From NCBI GenBank assembly GCA_013265495.1, contig MU058781.1:538963-602962 (forward strand): 64,000 nucleotides of DNA, read 5' to 3'. How positions within the stretch are numbered: the stretch's first letter is position 1; the number at the start of each line of letters is the position of its first letter. The position numbers and the translations under genes are program-made. Under the pieces are notes generated by a model, which was given only the letters and a program-made list of their open reading frames with translations, was not told the origin of the DNA and ran no database searches. Below, in pieces: positions 62,310 to 64,000 of this stretch. This stretch comes from Vicugna vicugna. Its lineage: Eukaryota.

Positions 62310-62700
62310 AGATACAGCCACCCGCCTCCAGCTGGTCCCAGGTTCCCGCTTTCCGCGCGAGATCCCCTCTTCCCGCGCGAGGTTCCCTCTTCCCGCGCGA
62401 GGTTCCCTCTTCCCTCGGGAGGTTCCGTCTTCCCGCGCGAGGTTCCCTCTTCCTCGCGAGGTTCCCTGTTCCCGCGCGAGGTTGCGCTTCCCGTGCGGCA
62501 GGTGGACCGAAGTTGCTGCGTCATCTTGTTTGAGGTACTTGGGCATCCTCGGATTTCAGTGATTTTAGTAACCGCAGAGTTGGCAGGCGGGTGGTGGGAA
62601 GGGGAGGTGGGTAGGAAGGTGGAGGAGACGGCCAGAGGGAGAGGGGCGGGAAGGGGGCGGTAGGGTGGGGATGAGTCCCTGGGCCAGTCCCTGGCCCTAA
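62310..62700. promoter_or_regulatory. CpG-rich promoter-like region; possible + strand first exon ending near 62534 (GAG|GTACTT)
   Basis: Sharp rise in CpG and GC against an AT-rich background. Repeated TTCCCGC, CRE-like TGCGTCA (62517-62523), GGGGCGG GC boxes (~62643-62660) and a downstream G-skewed tract. The gene served cannot be identified from this window. Confidence 0.7.
62341..62495 (+). repeat. CpG-rich minisatellite, ~7 copies of a 20-bp unit GGTTCCCTCTTCCCGCGCGA
   Basis: Tandem units directly visible, with a few substitutions and indels. Confidence 0.95.
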
Positions 62701-63126
62701 AATCTGTTTGTTTAAAATTGAATGAAGGTCTATTATATCTTCTCTTTAGCTTTTTAAGAAAACACTTTTTAATACGTTGGCCCACCGAGCTTATGTGCTA
62801 CCAGAAATTTTCTGCTGTAAAATTTAAGGCAAACACATGGAGTCAAGGATATCTGTATATTAACCTGGGTCATAAAAAATTGTAGACATTGAACATTTTT
62901 GACTGACAAAAATAGTGCTCTCATGTGACACAACCTAATACGTAATTAGTGCTGAAGCAGTTAAATATATAAGTGTGTAAAACTCAGTCTGTTTTGTTAG
63001 ACCTCATTCTGGAAAACAGAGACCTTACAGTAAGTTTTAATGGGAATTCAGTTTAATGTAGAAGAGCCATGGCTTTGGAATCAGCAAGACTTGAGTTTGA
63101 ATGCAGGAGCTACCAAACAGTCTTGT

Positions 63127-63768
63127 TGATGCAGGAAAACAGATGTGGGGCGTGAGGAGTGCCGTGTCCCATGTGTTAGTGGAGCCCCTGGGACATGCCC
63201 CACCAGGTGTGGGTCCTTGGCTTCACATAGGAAAGAATTCAAGTGTGAACCACGGTTGAGTGAAGATTTATTTAGAGTGATACATGCTGCACAGAGTGTA
63301 AGGCAAGAGAAAGGCAAGGATAGAGGTGTGGGAATTGGGTGCTCAGGTTAAAGTAAAAGTAGGTACACACTCCACAGACAGAGTGCAGGCCCTCTCCAGA
63401 AGAGGAGGGAATGAAAAAAAAGGGGCTGCTAGACGTCTTATTGCCAGTTTTTATAGGCTCAGTAGCTTCACACGCCTGCAGGTGGGACCATTCCAGCTAC
63501 CCTGGGGAAGGGGCTGGGATTCCCAGGAATTGGGCCACTGCCCATTCTTTGGCCTTTTGTGGTTAGCCTTGGGCCTGTCATGGCACCTGCAGGCATGTTA
63601 TTTATCACACTGTTACAGTGAGTGTATAATGAAGCTCAGGGTCTGCTAGAAGTCAAACATCCTGCCAGTTTAATCCTCAGGGCCAACTGGAAGTGAATCT
63701 TCCATTTTGGTGTTAAATTACTGTCATTCTTTAAGTGGCTGTGCCATGCTCCCTTCCCTCCTGTCTTG
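63127..63768 (-). mobile_element. ERV1-type solo LTR with 4-bp TSD, inserted in a MIR
   Basis: TTGT at 63123-63126 and 63769-63772; reverse AATAAA (TTTATT) and TATAAAA (TTTTATA) in LTR order; MIR halves on both sides (~63050-63126 and 63769-63900). Confidence 0.85.
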
Positions 63769-64000
63769 TTGTGACCTCCTTAAAATTAACCAGTTCTCTG
63801 AAATTTAGTTTCCCCGTTCAAAAATTGGGGCAGTAGTATTTTCTTATAGGGTGTAATATGGATTAAGTGGAAATATTTATGTAACATCTGTATCTAGGTC
63901 TATTACATATTTAAATAAAAAAATTAAATGAAGATTTTTCTGAGACAAACTAGTGTTTCCAACTTACTGTAGTTTCTCTATATCAGGTAAATCCCCAAAT

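Noticed and set aside
62341..62495. CRISPR-like array
   Set aside because: Contiguous tandem units without unique spacers, in mammalian DNA.
62216..62785. Four overlapping ORFs of 79-161 aa
   Set aside because: Produced by a stop-poor GC-rich tandem repeat.

Overview
AT-rich mammalian genomic DNA, probably camelid. This is inferred from a tRNA-derived SINE at ~22.97-23.16 kb and young L1 3' ends. I can support no intact protein-coding gene: the supplied ORFs are repeat-derived, low-complexity or chance. Much of the window is interspersed repeats (L1, L2, MIR, MLT1/MLT2, MER21, ERVL internal, LTR33-like, an ERV1-type solo LTR, hAT MITEs). The main find is a heavily decayed multi-exon gene on the minus strand at ~52.35-61.14 kb, visible only by reading across frameshifts and stops. 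It has a possible signal peptide, two copies of a module resembling the N-terminal pre-EGF domain of EYS (eyes shut homolog) and many EGF-like repeats. It looks like an ancient unitary pseudogene of an EYS-like paralogue rather than EYS itself. It lies ~1.2 kb from a CpG-rich promoter-like region (62.3-62.7 kb) carrying a 20-bp minisatellite of E2F-like sites. Several minus-strand exon-like segments keep good splice sites, so a lncRNA may run through the fossil. Repeat and protein identifications are from recalled consensus sequences, not database searches.
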